A DNA stretch of 64,000 bases from Verrucomicrobiota bacterium (GTDB lineage: Bacteria > Verrucomicrobiota > Verrucomicrobiia > Verrucomicrobiales > DEV007), in the NCBI GenBank assembly GCA_045046875.1, contig JASFYY010000019.1, forward strand, positions 1 through 64,000. Direction: 5' to 3'. Position numbers and translations under genes: made by a program. Below are positions 8,470 through 17,364 of this stretch, in pieces (the first letter of the stretch is position 1; every line of letters starts with the position of its first letter). The notes under the pieces are model-generated. The model worked only from the letters and a program-made list of their open reading frames with translations, did not search any database and was not told where the DNA came from.

Positions 8470-11142
8470 TCAGTTCAAGTAGAGGAACTCGTTGGAACTA
8501 AGCAGAGCTTGGCAGAAAGTGGCGAGGGAGAGGGTGGCGGTATCGGGGGCTGGTGCAGCCGTTTTGCCTTTGGCCGGTTTGGCCGCAGCGGCGGGGGCAG
8601 GGAGAACCCGTTGCTCGTTTTCGATGAAAGAAAGCGCGTCGGAGGCTTCGGCATCGGAGGCGGGACGACCGTAGATCAAGTTCCAGGCGAGTTTGACCTG
8701 GGCGTCGAGATCTGTTGGGCGTTCGCGTTGCAGGCGTTTGGCCATGTGAAGCGAGAAGTCGGTGATGAATTGGCTGTTCATCAGCATCAGCGCTTGCGGT
8801 GCGACAGTGGAGGAGTTGCGTTCGGTGCAGTTGGTTTCGACCATGTCCGGTCGGTCGAATGATTGCAAAACGGCGAGCGGACGACTGCGGCGAGCCTGGA
8901 TGTAGAGGCTGCGGCGGAACTCCTGGCCGTCCAGCCCCAGGGGGTCGCCGGGTTTGCCTTCACCGTCCTTATTTTCTTTGCCGACGACGATCTGGCCGAC
9001 TCCGTCTTCCATAACGGGAACGGGTGGACCGTAGAGATTGGGGTTAAATTTTTCGCTCATCACCAGTACCGAATCGCGGATGGATTCGGCATCGAGGCGG
9101 CGCACGCTCATGCGACCGATCAGATGGTTCTGTGGGTCAATCTGATTGAGGTCGGCGTCACGATCCGAGCTTTGCCGGTAGGCGGATGACATCAGCATCA
9201 GTTTGAGGCTGCGTTTGAAATCCCAGCCGTGACTGCTGAAGTCGGCGGCCATCCAGTCGAGCAGCTCAGGATGGGTGGGGCGGGTGCCGAGGGTGCCGAA
9301 GTCACCGAGGGTGGTGACGATGCCCTGGCCAAAAAGGTGCGACCAGAAACGGTTGATGAGCACCCGGGAAACGAGCGGGTGTTTGCCGTTGGTGAGTTTC
9401 TCGGCATAAGCGAGTCGGCGTCCGGTACTGGGCAGGTCGGGGTTGTTGTCAGCTATGGCTCCAGCACCCCATTGGCCGAGCACGGTGAGGCCGGCCGGGG
9501 GAACCGCTTCTTTGGGTTGTTCGTGATCGCCCCGATTAAAAAGATGGGTGAGGGGAGGTTTGGCACCGGATTTTTCCCACATCGCGCGGATGTAGTTGAG
9601 CGGCGGTTTGGTGTCGCGCACGGCTTTGATGTCGGCGGCGAGTTTTTTGATCTCGTCAGCGGCTTTACGATTATAGAGATAGAGCGATCCGCCCGAGGCT
9701 TTTTTGATTCGAGGGTTGTCTTTGAGCAGTAGTTGCTGAGCTTCGTTGCGCTTTTTTTCTTCGGTATTACGCGCGATCCGAATCGGGTTCTGTATTTCTT
9801 TGGGCAACTTGGCGATTTCGATTTCCACGACTTCATTGACATATTTTGTCTCCAACTTGAGCCGTGCGTCATTCATCGCTTTGGCTTTTTCTTCGACCTT
9901 GGCGGCGTCGGCTTTGTTTTGATCGGTGTAGAGGGAGATGCGGCGACTGGCGGGATTTTTCCAATGCACTAAGTCGAAGGCGGGCTCGAACACGGCACGC
10001 ATGCTGTAATAATCAGTTTGCGGGATCGGGTCATAACGATGATTATGGCATTGGGCGCACATCATGGTGGTGCCGAGCAGGGAGGTGGAGACGATTTGAA
10101 TGGTATCGGCGACCACCTGGTTGCGGGCGATTTTTTGATCGTCCGGGCCGGAGCCGGTGCCGTCGGGGGCCATGCGCAGAAAACCGGTGGCGGCGAGTTT
10201 GGATTGTTTTTCGGGGCTGAGATTTTTATACGGGCTTTTGACCATTTCATCTCCGGCGAGTTGTTCGCGGATGAATTGATCGAAGGGCATGTTGTGGTTG
10301 AAAGCTTGCACGATGTAATCACGGTATTTCCACGACCAGTTGCGCACGGTGTCACGGGCGGTGTAACCTTCCGAATCGCTGTAGCCGGCGACGTCCAACC
10401 AGTGGCGCGCCCAGCGTTCACCAAAATGCTGCGAAGCGAGCAAGCGATCGACGAGGCGTTCGTAAGCGCCGGGTTGTCGGTCGTCGAGAAAGGTGGTGAT
10501 TTCGGCAGGGGAAGGGGGGATGCCGGTGAGGTCAAAGGTTATACGGCGGATCAAGGTTGCTTTGTCAGCAGAGGGATTGAAATGGTGGCCGGCTTTTTCA
10601 AGCCTGGCCAGCAGGAAGGTATCGATGGCGGTCTCGACTTGCTCACTGTGTTTGACCTTTGGCAGTGGTGGTGATTTGACCGGGCGCAGAGACCAGAAGT
10701 CGCGTTCCTCTTCGGTGATGGCAAAACCGGAGAGTTTTTCAGGTTCGTCGCGCAGGGTGGGGGCACCGGCTGCGATCCATTGGCCGATCAGGGCGATTTC
10801 TTCGTTTTTGAGGTGTTTGTCCTCGGGCGGCATTTCGCCTTTGATGAGTTGCTGGTGAAGTAAGCTTTTTTTGAGATCGCCGGGCACAACGGCGGCGCCG
10901 TTTTCGCCACCTTTGACGATGAAACGTCGTAAGCGCAGATCGAGATCGCCCTTGAGCTTGTCGCCTTCCCCGTGGCAATGAAAACAATTGGCTTTGAGAA
11001 TCGGGCGGATGTGTTGTTCGTAGGTGATTTTACCTGCGGGTAACTGTTTTTCCGCGGATTTGGCCGATGGCAGGATACAGGCAAGTAGAACGGCGAGTAG
11101 AACCGTTGGATTTGGGTGAGGATGCAGGAGGTGAGGCTTCAT
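8470..11142 (-). CDS. PSD1 / planctomycete cytochrome c domain protein (DUF1549 + DUF1553)
   Basis: Signal peptide; heme motifs CFHCH and CAQCH; FGERWARHWLDVAGY, PTHPELLDW and C-terminal SNEFLYLN. Confidence 0.9.
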   Translation of the reverse strand: MKPHLLHPHPNPTVLLAVLLACILPSAKSAEKQLPAGKITYEQHIRPILKANCFHCHGEGDKLKGDLDLRLRRFIVKGGENGAAVVPGDLKKSLLHQQLIKGEMPPEDKHLKNEEIALIGQWIAAGAPTLRDEPEKLSGFAITEEERDFWSLRPVKSPPLPKVKHSEQVETAIDTFLLARLEKAGHHFNPSADKATLIRRITFDLTGIPPSPAEITTFLDDRQPGAYERLVDRLLASQHFGERWARHWLDVAGYSDSEGYTARDTVRNWSWKYRDYIVQAFNHNMPFDQFIREQLAGDEMVKSPYKNLSPEKQSKLAATGFLRMAPDGTGSGPDDQKIARNQVVADTIQIVSTSLLGTTMMCAQCHNHRYDPIPQTDYYSMRAVFEPAFDLVHWKNPASRRISLYTDQNKADAAKVEEKAKAMNDARLKLETKYVNEVVEIEIAKLPKEIQNPIRIARNTEEKKRNEAQQLLLKDNPRIKKASGGSLYLYNRKAADEIKKLAADIKAVRDTKPPLNYIRAMWEKSGAKPPLTHLFNRGDHEQPKEAVPPAGLTVLGQWGAGAIADNNPDLPSTGRRLAYAEKLTNGKHPLVSRVLINRFWSHLFGQGIVTTLGDFGTLGTRPTHPELLDWMAADFSSHGWDFKRSLKLMLMSSAYRQSSDRDADLNQIDPQNHLIGRMSVRRLDAESIRDSVLVMSEKFNPNLYGPPVPVMEDGVGQIVVGKENKDGEGKPGDPLGLDGQEFRRSLYIQARRSRPLAVLQSFDRPDMVETNCTERNSSTVAPQALMLMNSQFITDFSLHMAKRLQRERPTDLDAQVKLAWNLIYGRPASDAEASDALSFIENEQRVLPAPAAAAKPAKGKTAAPAPDTATLSLATFCQALLSSNEFLYLN

Positions 11143-11274
11143 TTTGACAACAGGTGAACGGCAACAGCCATTTGGCTACTATTTATGACAAGACGAGGGC
11201 TGATTTTGTTGAATAAAACCAGACTATGATAAAAAGGCTTTTCCTCGGGCTGGGCTTGTGATAAATATCGGGTC

Positions 11275-11454
11275 ATGAAAAAGGGAATTTTGCGACTGAG
11301 TTTGGCTGTTTTTGGAGCTATGTTTTTGATGAGTTGTGCATCTGATGCCGATTCGGGCACTTCACAGGGGATCACGCCACAGCCTACTCCGGGTAGCAGT
11401 CGATTAGGGATTCAGGAGGCTCAGAGCCGGGCGATTCGTCGTTTGTCCTACTGA
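11275..11454 (+). CDS. Small 59-aa lipoprotein (not in ORF track)
   Basis: MKKGILRLSLAVFGAMFLMSC-ASDADSGTSQGITPQPTPGSSRLGIQEAQSRAIRRLSY*; basic n-region, hydrophobic core and lipobox LMSC. Confidence 0.75.
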   Translation: MKKGILRLSLAVFGAMFLMSCASDADSGTSQGITPQPTPGSSRLGIQEAQSRAIRRLSY

Positions 11455-11485
11455 TTTTCACCACAAATTCGCTCGCGGATCCGGT

Positions 11486-11509
11486 AAAATTCTCACATTT
11501 GAGAATTTT
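11486..11509. promoter_or_regulatory. Perfect 10-4-10 palindrome (operator or weak terminator)
   Basis: AAAATTCTCA-CATT-TGAGAATTTT, just upstream of TTGCTG-N18-TAGTCT and the AGGAGG RBS of the GNAT gene. Confidence 0.5.
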
Positions 11510-11568
11510 TATCTTGCTGTTACCTCGACTTCCTGACTAGTCTCGAAACTAGAAAGGAGGAGGACACA

Positions 11569-12150
11569 ATGTTGGATTTTGCGTTGGAGGAGTATCCGCA
11601 GCAAGTAGCGCTGACGGATGAGATGATGTATACGGTGCGTCCTTTGCGGGAGGATGATGAAAAGGCTTTGTGTGATTTCATGCTGGCTTTGCAGCCGGAA
11701 GAGCGGCTTTTTATCAAGGGGCCGTGTTCGAGTTCAGACATATTCATGGACTGGTGTCGCAGTGTTGATTATGACTGCAACTTGCCTTTGTTGGCAATAG
11801 AGGGCGAAAAAATAGTGGCTTTGGGCATATTGCATCAACGCCAGGGGGGCTGGAAGCGCCATATCGGGTCTTTGAATATGATGGTCAAATCTGAATACAG
11901 CGGGCATGGATTGATGCATCTTTTGATTCGCAGCCTGGTGGGCTTGGGACAGCATGCGGGGCTGACGCGCTTGGAATCGGAGTTGATGGGAGCGCCAGCG
12001 GAATTGGTCGATGCTTTCCGGGATGCGGGTTTTGATGAACTGTGCCGGATTGAAGGCTACGTTTTGGATATGAAAGGGGGCGCCCATGACAGCGTGTTGA
12101 TGGGTCTGAATTTGATTCCTGATGAGGAATTCACTGGAGTGGGGGACTAG
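11569..12150 (+). CDS. GNAT family N-acetyltransferase
   Basis: VRPLREDD start, acetyl-CoA motif EYSGHGLM and AGF; strong RBS. Confidence 0.85.
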   Translation: MLDFALEEYPQQVALTDEMMYTVRPLREDDEKALCDFMLALQPEERLFIKGPCSSSDIFMDWCRSVDYDCNLPLLAIEGEKIVALGILHQRQGGWKRHIGSLNMMVKSEYSGHGLMHLLIRSLVGLGQHAGLTRLESELMGAPAELVDAFRDAGFDELCRIEGYVLDMKGGAHDSVLMGLNLIPDEEFTGVGD

Positions 12151-12183
12151 GAATTTACCATTGAGTCATTTTGCATGGATCAT

Positions 12184-13026
12184 TTATTTGATCGTGAAGC
12201 TTTTCGTGACAGTGGTGGGTTTGGGGAGTTCGGGAGTTGATTGCAAGTCGAGGTTGAAGGGGCGGGCGATGCTGTTGCCGGCGAGGTCTTCTAGGATCGG
12301 AGCGATGTCTATTTTGATTTGCCCTGCTTTCCAGGGGGAGGTGGGAGTGAAGTGGATGGATTGACCGTCGTGGGATGATTTGATCTGGGAATTGTGATCG
12401 GATCGGACTTGAATGGTGCGGGGGATGAGGGCGTAGTCGAGCGGAGCAGGAAAGGTGATAGTCAAAGCAGCACTGCTGCCAGCCGCCGGGATTGAGTATT
12501 GCCATTTTTCAGGATCAGGCTGTGAGTTGTCCACAGAGCCGGCGCGGAATGTTTTTTTCACATCCTTGCCAAGTAATTGACCGGTTTCGCTTTGCCATTT
12601 CCCCGAGAGGATCAGGGTGTAGTTTTTTCCTTCCTCCAGAATAGGACCGATGTCGATATTCAGATTCACACCGGGTTTCTGACGGCCGGGATGGAACCAG
12701 AGAGTGAGCCGGCGTGCGCTTTCGTCCCACAACTCTATCTCGCGAAACGGGTCAGGCACGGCATCTCCCGACTCGTTCTCAATTAAAGAAAAATACTGGA
12801 AGATATCCCCCCTAGCCATGGGGGCGGGGAATTCAATGTAGAATTTCAGGTGATTGGCGGGCAATACATCAACAGATGGGTGGATGCGGATGTTATCAGC
12901 GGCAGTCGGTTGTTTTTGCTCGGAAGGGGTTTTGGGTCGAACGGGTTGGTGGCTTTTTTCGCAAGCGTTTAGCAACAGTAGGCAAACAGCGACTAATGCG
13001 GTGGAGTGTAAACCGTGTGAAATCAT
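12184..13026 (-). CDS. Lipoprotein with two bacterial Ig-like domains
   Basis: Lipobox LNAC; LPANHLKFYIEFPAPM, LTLWFHPGRQKPG, TITFPAPLD and LEDLAGN. Confidence 0.7.
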   Translation of the reverse strand: MISHGLHSTALVAVCLLLLNACEKSHQPVRPKTPSEQKQPTAADNIRIHPSVDVLPANHLKFYIEFPAPMARGDIFQYFSLIENESGDAVPDPFREIELWDESARRLTLWFHPGRQKPGVNLNIDIGPILEEGKNYTLILSGKWQSETGQLLGKDVKKTFRAGSVDNSQPDPEKWQYSIPAAGSSAALTITFPAPLDYALIPRTIQVRSDHNSQIKSSHDGQSIHFTPTSPWKAGQIKIDIAPILEDLAGNSIARPFNLDLQSTPELPKPTTVTKSFTIK

Positions 13027-13093
13027 GGGGCGATTCGTGCGGGCATTGGTACGGATGGTAGCCAAAGAGCGAAGGAATGGGCGTGAGCGGGGC

Positions 13094-14257
13094 TCAGGGA
13101 AGAGTGACAGGTTCAAGGTTATGGTTCGTGCCGTTTTCTTCGATTTCGCGTAGGACGATGACCTGTTCGTTATCCAATTGGCTGACCAGAATCGCTCCGT
13201 ACAGTTCATCGATGACTTCGATGCCCTTGGCGTCCGGGCCGCTGGTTTTTTTCACATTGCGGCGCGGGGCGTTTTCGTTGGTGTCTTCCGCTTTGTCAGC
13301 AGACAGATATTTCATGTCCACCCGGGCTCCCCAGTAAACACTGGGGCCGAATTTTTTATGGAAACGTTTGGTATTGGTGACCAACCATTCCGTGCCATCT
13401 TTTTTGTAAGTGAACATATCGCGTGGACGATTGCCACTGCCTAATTCAATAATGCTGATGCCTTTGATTTTATCCCCGGATTCGATTCCGCTGAGTGGGA
13501 ATTTGGCAATCGGGGTGCAGGCAAAAGCGCCGACAATGTAGAATTCTCCATTTTCCTCATAGGGGATGAAAGATTGAATCGGGGCTTTGGTTTCCCAGCG
13601 TTTGTGGGAAACGTGGTAGGTTTCGGCTGAAAAATAGCGGGCGTTGACTCCATTTTCGAGTGGCACGGGGATTTGGTAGATTTTGTTGGCGAATTCTTCA
13701 TTGGATTGACCGGCAACCACCACACTGGAGTCTGCCCAAGCCAGATCGGTGACATTGCGCAGCTTGCCTTTGTCTCCCACGGGCAGGGTCATGCGGACGT
13801 ATTCCATCTTTGCCAGTTCAGGGCGATGGATCTCTCCTTTACCATCGATGGCGATGAGAATGGCTTGGTTGCCAGGTTTGACGTTCAGGCTGAAATAAAT
13901 ACGCCCGCTGGCGGGATTGACGGCCATGTCGATGATGCTGAGGGCATCGGTTTCGACTTTGAGTTCTTTGGCGAGGACGGAATCAATGTTTTTGATTTTT
14001 TTCTCCAGTTTGACCAAAGGGCCGGTGTCTCCGGTATTGATGGCAAGGATGGAAGCAGATCGTGGGTCGGATAACAGTAGCAGTCCGTCCGGGCCAAAGG
14101 CCAAACGTCCGATGGAGCTAAATTCGAGATCTCCTTTTTGCGCGTCTTTTAAGAAGCGCGAGGCGGAGTCAGCGGCGTGCAGGGAGATAGCGGTGAAAAT
14201 AAAAGTGACTGAGAGCGTGATATGGGCGCAGTGGCGAAATAGGCTGAAAGTTTTCAT
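13094..14257 (-). CDS. Secreted hypothetical protein, possibly a beta-propeller
   Basis: Signal peptide (LHA-A); LAFGPDG, DMAVNP, ETYH.SH.RWETKAPI, ACTP and ELGSGNRP. Confidence 0.75.
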   Translation of the reverse strand: MKTFSLFRHCAHITLSVTFIFTAISLHAADSASRFLKDAQKGDLEFSSIGRLAFGPDGLLLLSDPRSASILAINTGDTGPLVKLEKKIKNIDSVLAKELKVETDALSIIDMAVNPASGRIYFSLNVKPGNQAILIAIDGKGEIHRPELAKMEYVRMTLPVGDKGKLRNVTDLAWADSSVVVAGQSNEEFANKIYQIPVPLENGVNARYFSAETYHVSHKRWETKAPIQSFIPYEENGEFYIVGAFACTPIAKFPLSGIESGDKIKGISIIELGSGNRPRDMFTYKKDGTEWLVTNTKRFHKKFGPSVYWGARVDMKYLSADKAEDTNENAPRRNVKKTSGPDAKGIEVIDELYGAILVSQLDNEQVIVLREIEENGTNHNLEPVTLP

Positions 14258-14405
14258 ATTAGGTGGGGGGATTATCCGTGTTGAGGGGTATCAGATATGC
14301 AGGCTGAATGCAAGCAGGGATAATGGGGCTATTTTTTATGGAGAAAAATGGTTGGGGTTAATTTTAAAATTGAATAAGAGAGGTTTTATCCCGTCTACAC
14401 TACTG

Positions 14406-15059
14406 ATGCCAAAATTACGAAACAAAGGAAATTCAAATAGAGGGATAAATAGCGTAGGGCTACTGGGAGCCTGCGTTGCGGTAAGTGCGTTGTTTTTTTT
14501 ACCGTCTTGCGCTCCTTACGGAATGGCGGGCTACGGATATGGGGGAGGTGATATCGGGCAGGGATCTCATCATTCGGCTGAGCCGTGGTATGATGGTGGA
14601 CGAAGATATGGTTCGGGTCATTCTCCAGGATACGGATCTGGATACGGATACGGCGGTGGGACGAGGTATTCTAATCATTATGGTGGAGGGAGTTATTTTG
14701 GTTATAACCGTTACGCCTATCGAGATCGTCATGATGATCGTCATGATAATCGAGGTTACGATCATAATAAAAAATCATCTTCGAGTAAAAAACACTCAAG
14801 CCATGATGAAAAATACAAACTGACGGGCGGGAATGTGGGCAGAGGGCATCCCAAAAAATACCATACATTGGATTGGTATAAAGGACGGGGATACAACGTG
14901 AAAGATTTCACTTTGAAGGATGAACACGGGAAGACTTATAAATCCGGTTCATCCTCGCATAAAAAAAGCAGTTCATCTTCTAAAAAGAAGAGCAGCTCAT
15001 CCAAGAAGAAAAGCAGTTCATCCAAGAAAAAATCAAAAAGTTCTAAAAACCACGCTTGA
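14406..15059 (+). CDS. Gly/Tyr-rich lipoprotein with a Lys/Ser-rich tail
   Basis: Lipobox LPSC, GYGYGG-type low complexity and KKKSSSS repeats. Start moved to MPKLR to avoid overlap with the divergent gene. Confidence 0.7.
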   Translation: MPKLRNKGNSNRGINSVGLLGACVAVSALFFLPSCAPYGMAGYGYGGGDIGQGSHHSAEPWYDGGRRYGSGHSPGYGSGYGYGGGTRYSNHYGGGSYFGYNRYAYRDRHDDRHDNRGYDHNKKSSSSKKHSSHDEKYKLTGGNVGRGHPKKYHTLDWYKGRGYNVKDFTLKDEHGKTYKSGSSSHKKSSSSSKKKSSSSKKKSSSSKKKSKSSKNHA

Positions 15060-16505
15060 GTGTTTTTTGAAATAAGGCGATCTTGGCTCCTGTATGAAAA
15101 AATCCGATTGTTTGTCATTGATCTGCAAGTCGCAGTTGATTCCTGTATTCATGATTATATTGGGGGCGGTGTTTTTTTTGTGAGTGGCGTCTCAGCGGAA
15201 CAGAGCGATTTGTTTTCGGTGGGGGTGGCGAAGGTGGATATCACCCCGCATGGAGCTATCCGTTTGGCGGGGTATGCCAATCGTCGTGAGCCATCGCAGG
15301 GGGTTGCGAGTAAAATCTGGGCCAAAGCCCTGGTCATCGGCAGTGATGATCAAAAGCCAAGCGTACTGATCACCGCTGAGTTGATCCGTGCACCAGGGGT
15401 TTTGGTTGAGGCATTGGCGGCTCGATTGAAAAAAAAGATGGGACTGGAACGTTCGCAACTAGCGGTGTGCGTGACGCATACACATAGCGGTCCGGCCTTG
15501 AGCAGTATGTTGGTGGATTCGTATTTCGGAAGTAATATCCCGGCTCCACAAAAAGCCCGGATCAAGCAATACACGGATCACCTGTTGGACTTGTTGGAGC
15601 AGCTTGTTTTGGATGCGCTTGATAATCGCCAGCCTTCACAACTTTCCTGGGATGAAGGATTAGTGGGTTTTGCCACTAACCGGAGAATGGTGAAAGATGG
15701 GAAATGGGTAGGGATGCGACCCAATGAAGCGGGAGTAGTCGATCATGCTTTGCCTGTATTGAGAGTATTGGGTGCTGAGGGGGAGCTGCGAGCCTTGTTT
15801 CTGAGTTATGCTTGTCATGGAACCACCTATGGCTCGAAATTTAATAAAATTCATGGGGATTGGGCCGGGGCTGCAGCACAAATACTTGAAGATAAACATC
15901 CTGATTGCATCGCAATGGTGGCTTTGGGCTGTGGCGGAGACGCCAATCCAAAGCCCCGGGGGGTGGCAGCTGGATTTGATGTGGTGAACCGACATGGTCA
16001 AGCGGTAGCGGGTGAAGTGGAGCGTTTGTTGGAGGGAGGGATGAAGGTGCTCAAATCAAAACCTGATTGCAGAATCAAGCAGATTGAGTTGTCGGTGGAT
16101 CATGTGCCGGGGCGTGATGAGTTGCAACAACGGCTCAAACAAGGGGCGAATGCTGCGTATTTTGCCCAGGTGATGTTGGACCGTTTGGACCGCGGAGAGG
16201 TCACCCCTGCTGCTTTTTCTTATCCTATACAGGTGTGGAATTTCGGAGAGGATCTCTCGATGGTGTTTTTGGCGGGCGAAGTCGTTGCGGGTTACTCTTT
16301 GCGTTTGAAGCGGGAGTCGGGCAGGCGATCGTTGTGGGTCAACGCTTATTCCAATGACGACCCTTGTTACATCGCGACAAAAAAGATGATTCCCGAAGGC
16401 GGGTATGAGGTCGATCAATCGATGGATTCTTTTGCCAAAGCAAGCCGCCTGTCATTGGACGTCGAGGATAAAATCATCGAAGCGACGCTGTCATTGCTGC
16501 GATGA
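15060..16505 (+). CDS. Neutral/alkaline ceramidase N-terminal-domain family protein; 5' end apparently frameshifted
   Basis: GVAKVDITP, LAGY, THTHSGP, YACH.T, GCGGDANP, GEVV and EGGYE. A likely signal peptide from ATG 15094 lies in another frame across the T8 tract. Confidence 0.8.
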   Translation: MFFEIRRSWLLYEKIRLFVIDLQVAVDSCIHDYIGGGVFFVSGVSAEQSDLFSVGVAKVDITPHGAIRLAGYANRREPSQGVASKIWAKALVIGSDDQKPSVLITAELIRAPGVLVEALAARLKKKMGLERSQLAVCVTHTHSGPALSSMLVDSYFGSNIPAPQKARIKQYTDHLLDLLEQLVLDALDNRQPSQLSWDEGLVGFATNRRMVKDGKWVGMRPNEAGVVDHALPVLRVLGAEGELRALFLSYACHGTTYGSKFNKIHGDWAGAAAQILEDKHPDCIAMVALGCGGDANPKPRGVAAGFDVVNRHGQAVAGEVERLLEGGMKVLKSKPDCRIKQIELSVDHVPGRDELQQRLKQGANAAYFAQVMLDRLDRGEVTPAAFSYPIQVWNFGEDLSMVFLAGEVVAGYSLRLKRESGRRSLWVNAYSNDDPCYIATKKMIPEGGYEVDQSMDSFAKASRLSLDVEDKIIEATLSLLR

Positions 16506-16538
16506 GCAGAATTGGTTTGTCTGGCCTTTTGACCGCAG

Positions 16539-17351
16539 TCATGGATTCTGAGCCGGTGTTTCCTGGTCCGCCGGAGTGGGAGGCCAGAGTGGGGCAAGGT
16601 TTTCAGTTTTGACCCACCCGCGCAATTCACCCGGGATGTCGATGTATTGCCAGGGACCGCTATCCGTAACGATGCGCACTTCGCTGCCAGGGGGCAGCTC
16701 GATCACGGTTTTGGCATCTGGCACCGGGCTTGTTTGTGCAATAGCGTCGGCGGCAGTGATCACGGCACGATGATCAACCGTGATATGTTTGCGATAGGTT
16801 CGCAGTGCTAATATAGCGGTAAAGGTCAGGCCGATAAAGAGGCAACAGGCGGCAATAAGCAGGGGGCGCCAGGGGCGCAGACGTTTGACGAACAGAGCGG
16901 TGGCAAGACTGAGCAGAGCCAGCCAGGTGCAAATGGTGAGCAGCGAAGTGAGTTCGCTTTCACGGAAGTGGGAAATGAACTGGTCGACTCCCTTGGGTTC
17001 AAAGTCGAGTAAACCAACCCGGTTTTTCAGGGTGCGTAAATTTTGACGAGGCTCCGGCATGCGCGGATTGAGAATGAGCGCACGGCGGTACCATAAAGCG
17101 GCCTCTCCATAGTTTTCCTGTTTGAAGAAGGTGTTGCCGAGATTGTAAAAAAGTTCTTCAGAAAGATGTCCCTGTTGGAAGCTTTTTTGATACAAGCGAG
17201 CAGATTGATCGTATTTGCCCTCTTCGTAGAGTTCATTGCCTTTTTGATAAGCCTCTTCGGGGGAATCTGCTGCTTGAAGTGCAGGCACGAGCAAAGCCAG
17301 TAGCAGGCAGATGCGGATCCATTGGATAAAGTTGATATTTAGAAAAGGCAT
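16539..17351 (-). CDS. batE: BatE-like TPR + SH3 protein
   Basis: Signal peptide, TPR (YNLGN...YRRAL.LNP), two TM helices and SH3-like tail LPPGSEV...GWV; operon position. Confidence 0.75.
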   Translation of the reverse strand: MPFLNINFIQWIRICLLLALLVPALQAADSPEEAYQKGNELYEEGKYDQSARLYQKSFQQGHLSEELFYNLGNTFFKQENYGEAALWYRRALILNPRMPEPRQNLRTLKNRVGLLDFEPKGVDQFISHFRESELTSLLTICTWLALLSLATALFVKRLRPWRPLLIAACCLFIGLTFTAILALRTYRKHITVDHRAVITAADAIAQTSPVPDAKTVIELPPGSEVRIVTDSGPWQYIDIPGELRGWVKTENLAPLWPPTPADQETPAQNP

Positions 17352-17364
17352 TGGCTGAAAGGGA

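Noticed and set aside
7317..10858. Long plus-strand ORFs antisense to DUF1501/PSD1 (similar shadows over lptD, clpB, 42900-43667, 44006-44776 and 61129-61875)
   Set aside because: Typical antisense shadows of GC-rich codon usage; no motifs, and fully overlapped by well-supported genes
13917..14405. N-terminal extension of ORF 13917-15059
   Set aside because: Antisense to 13094-14257 and spans the AT-rich promoter gap
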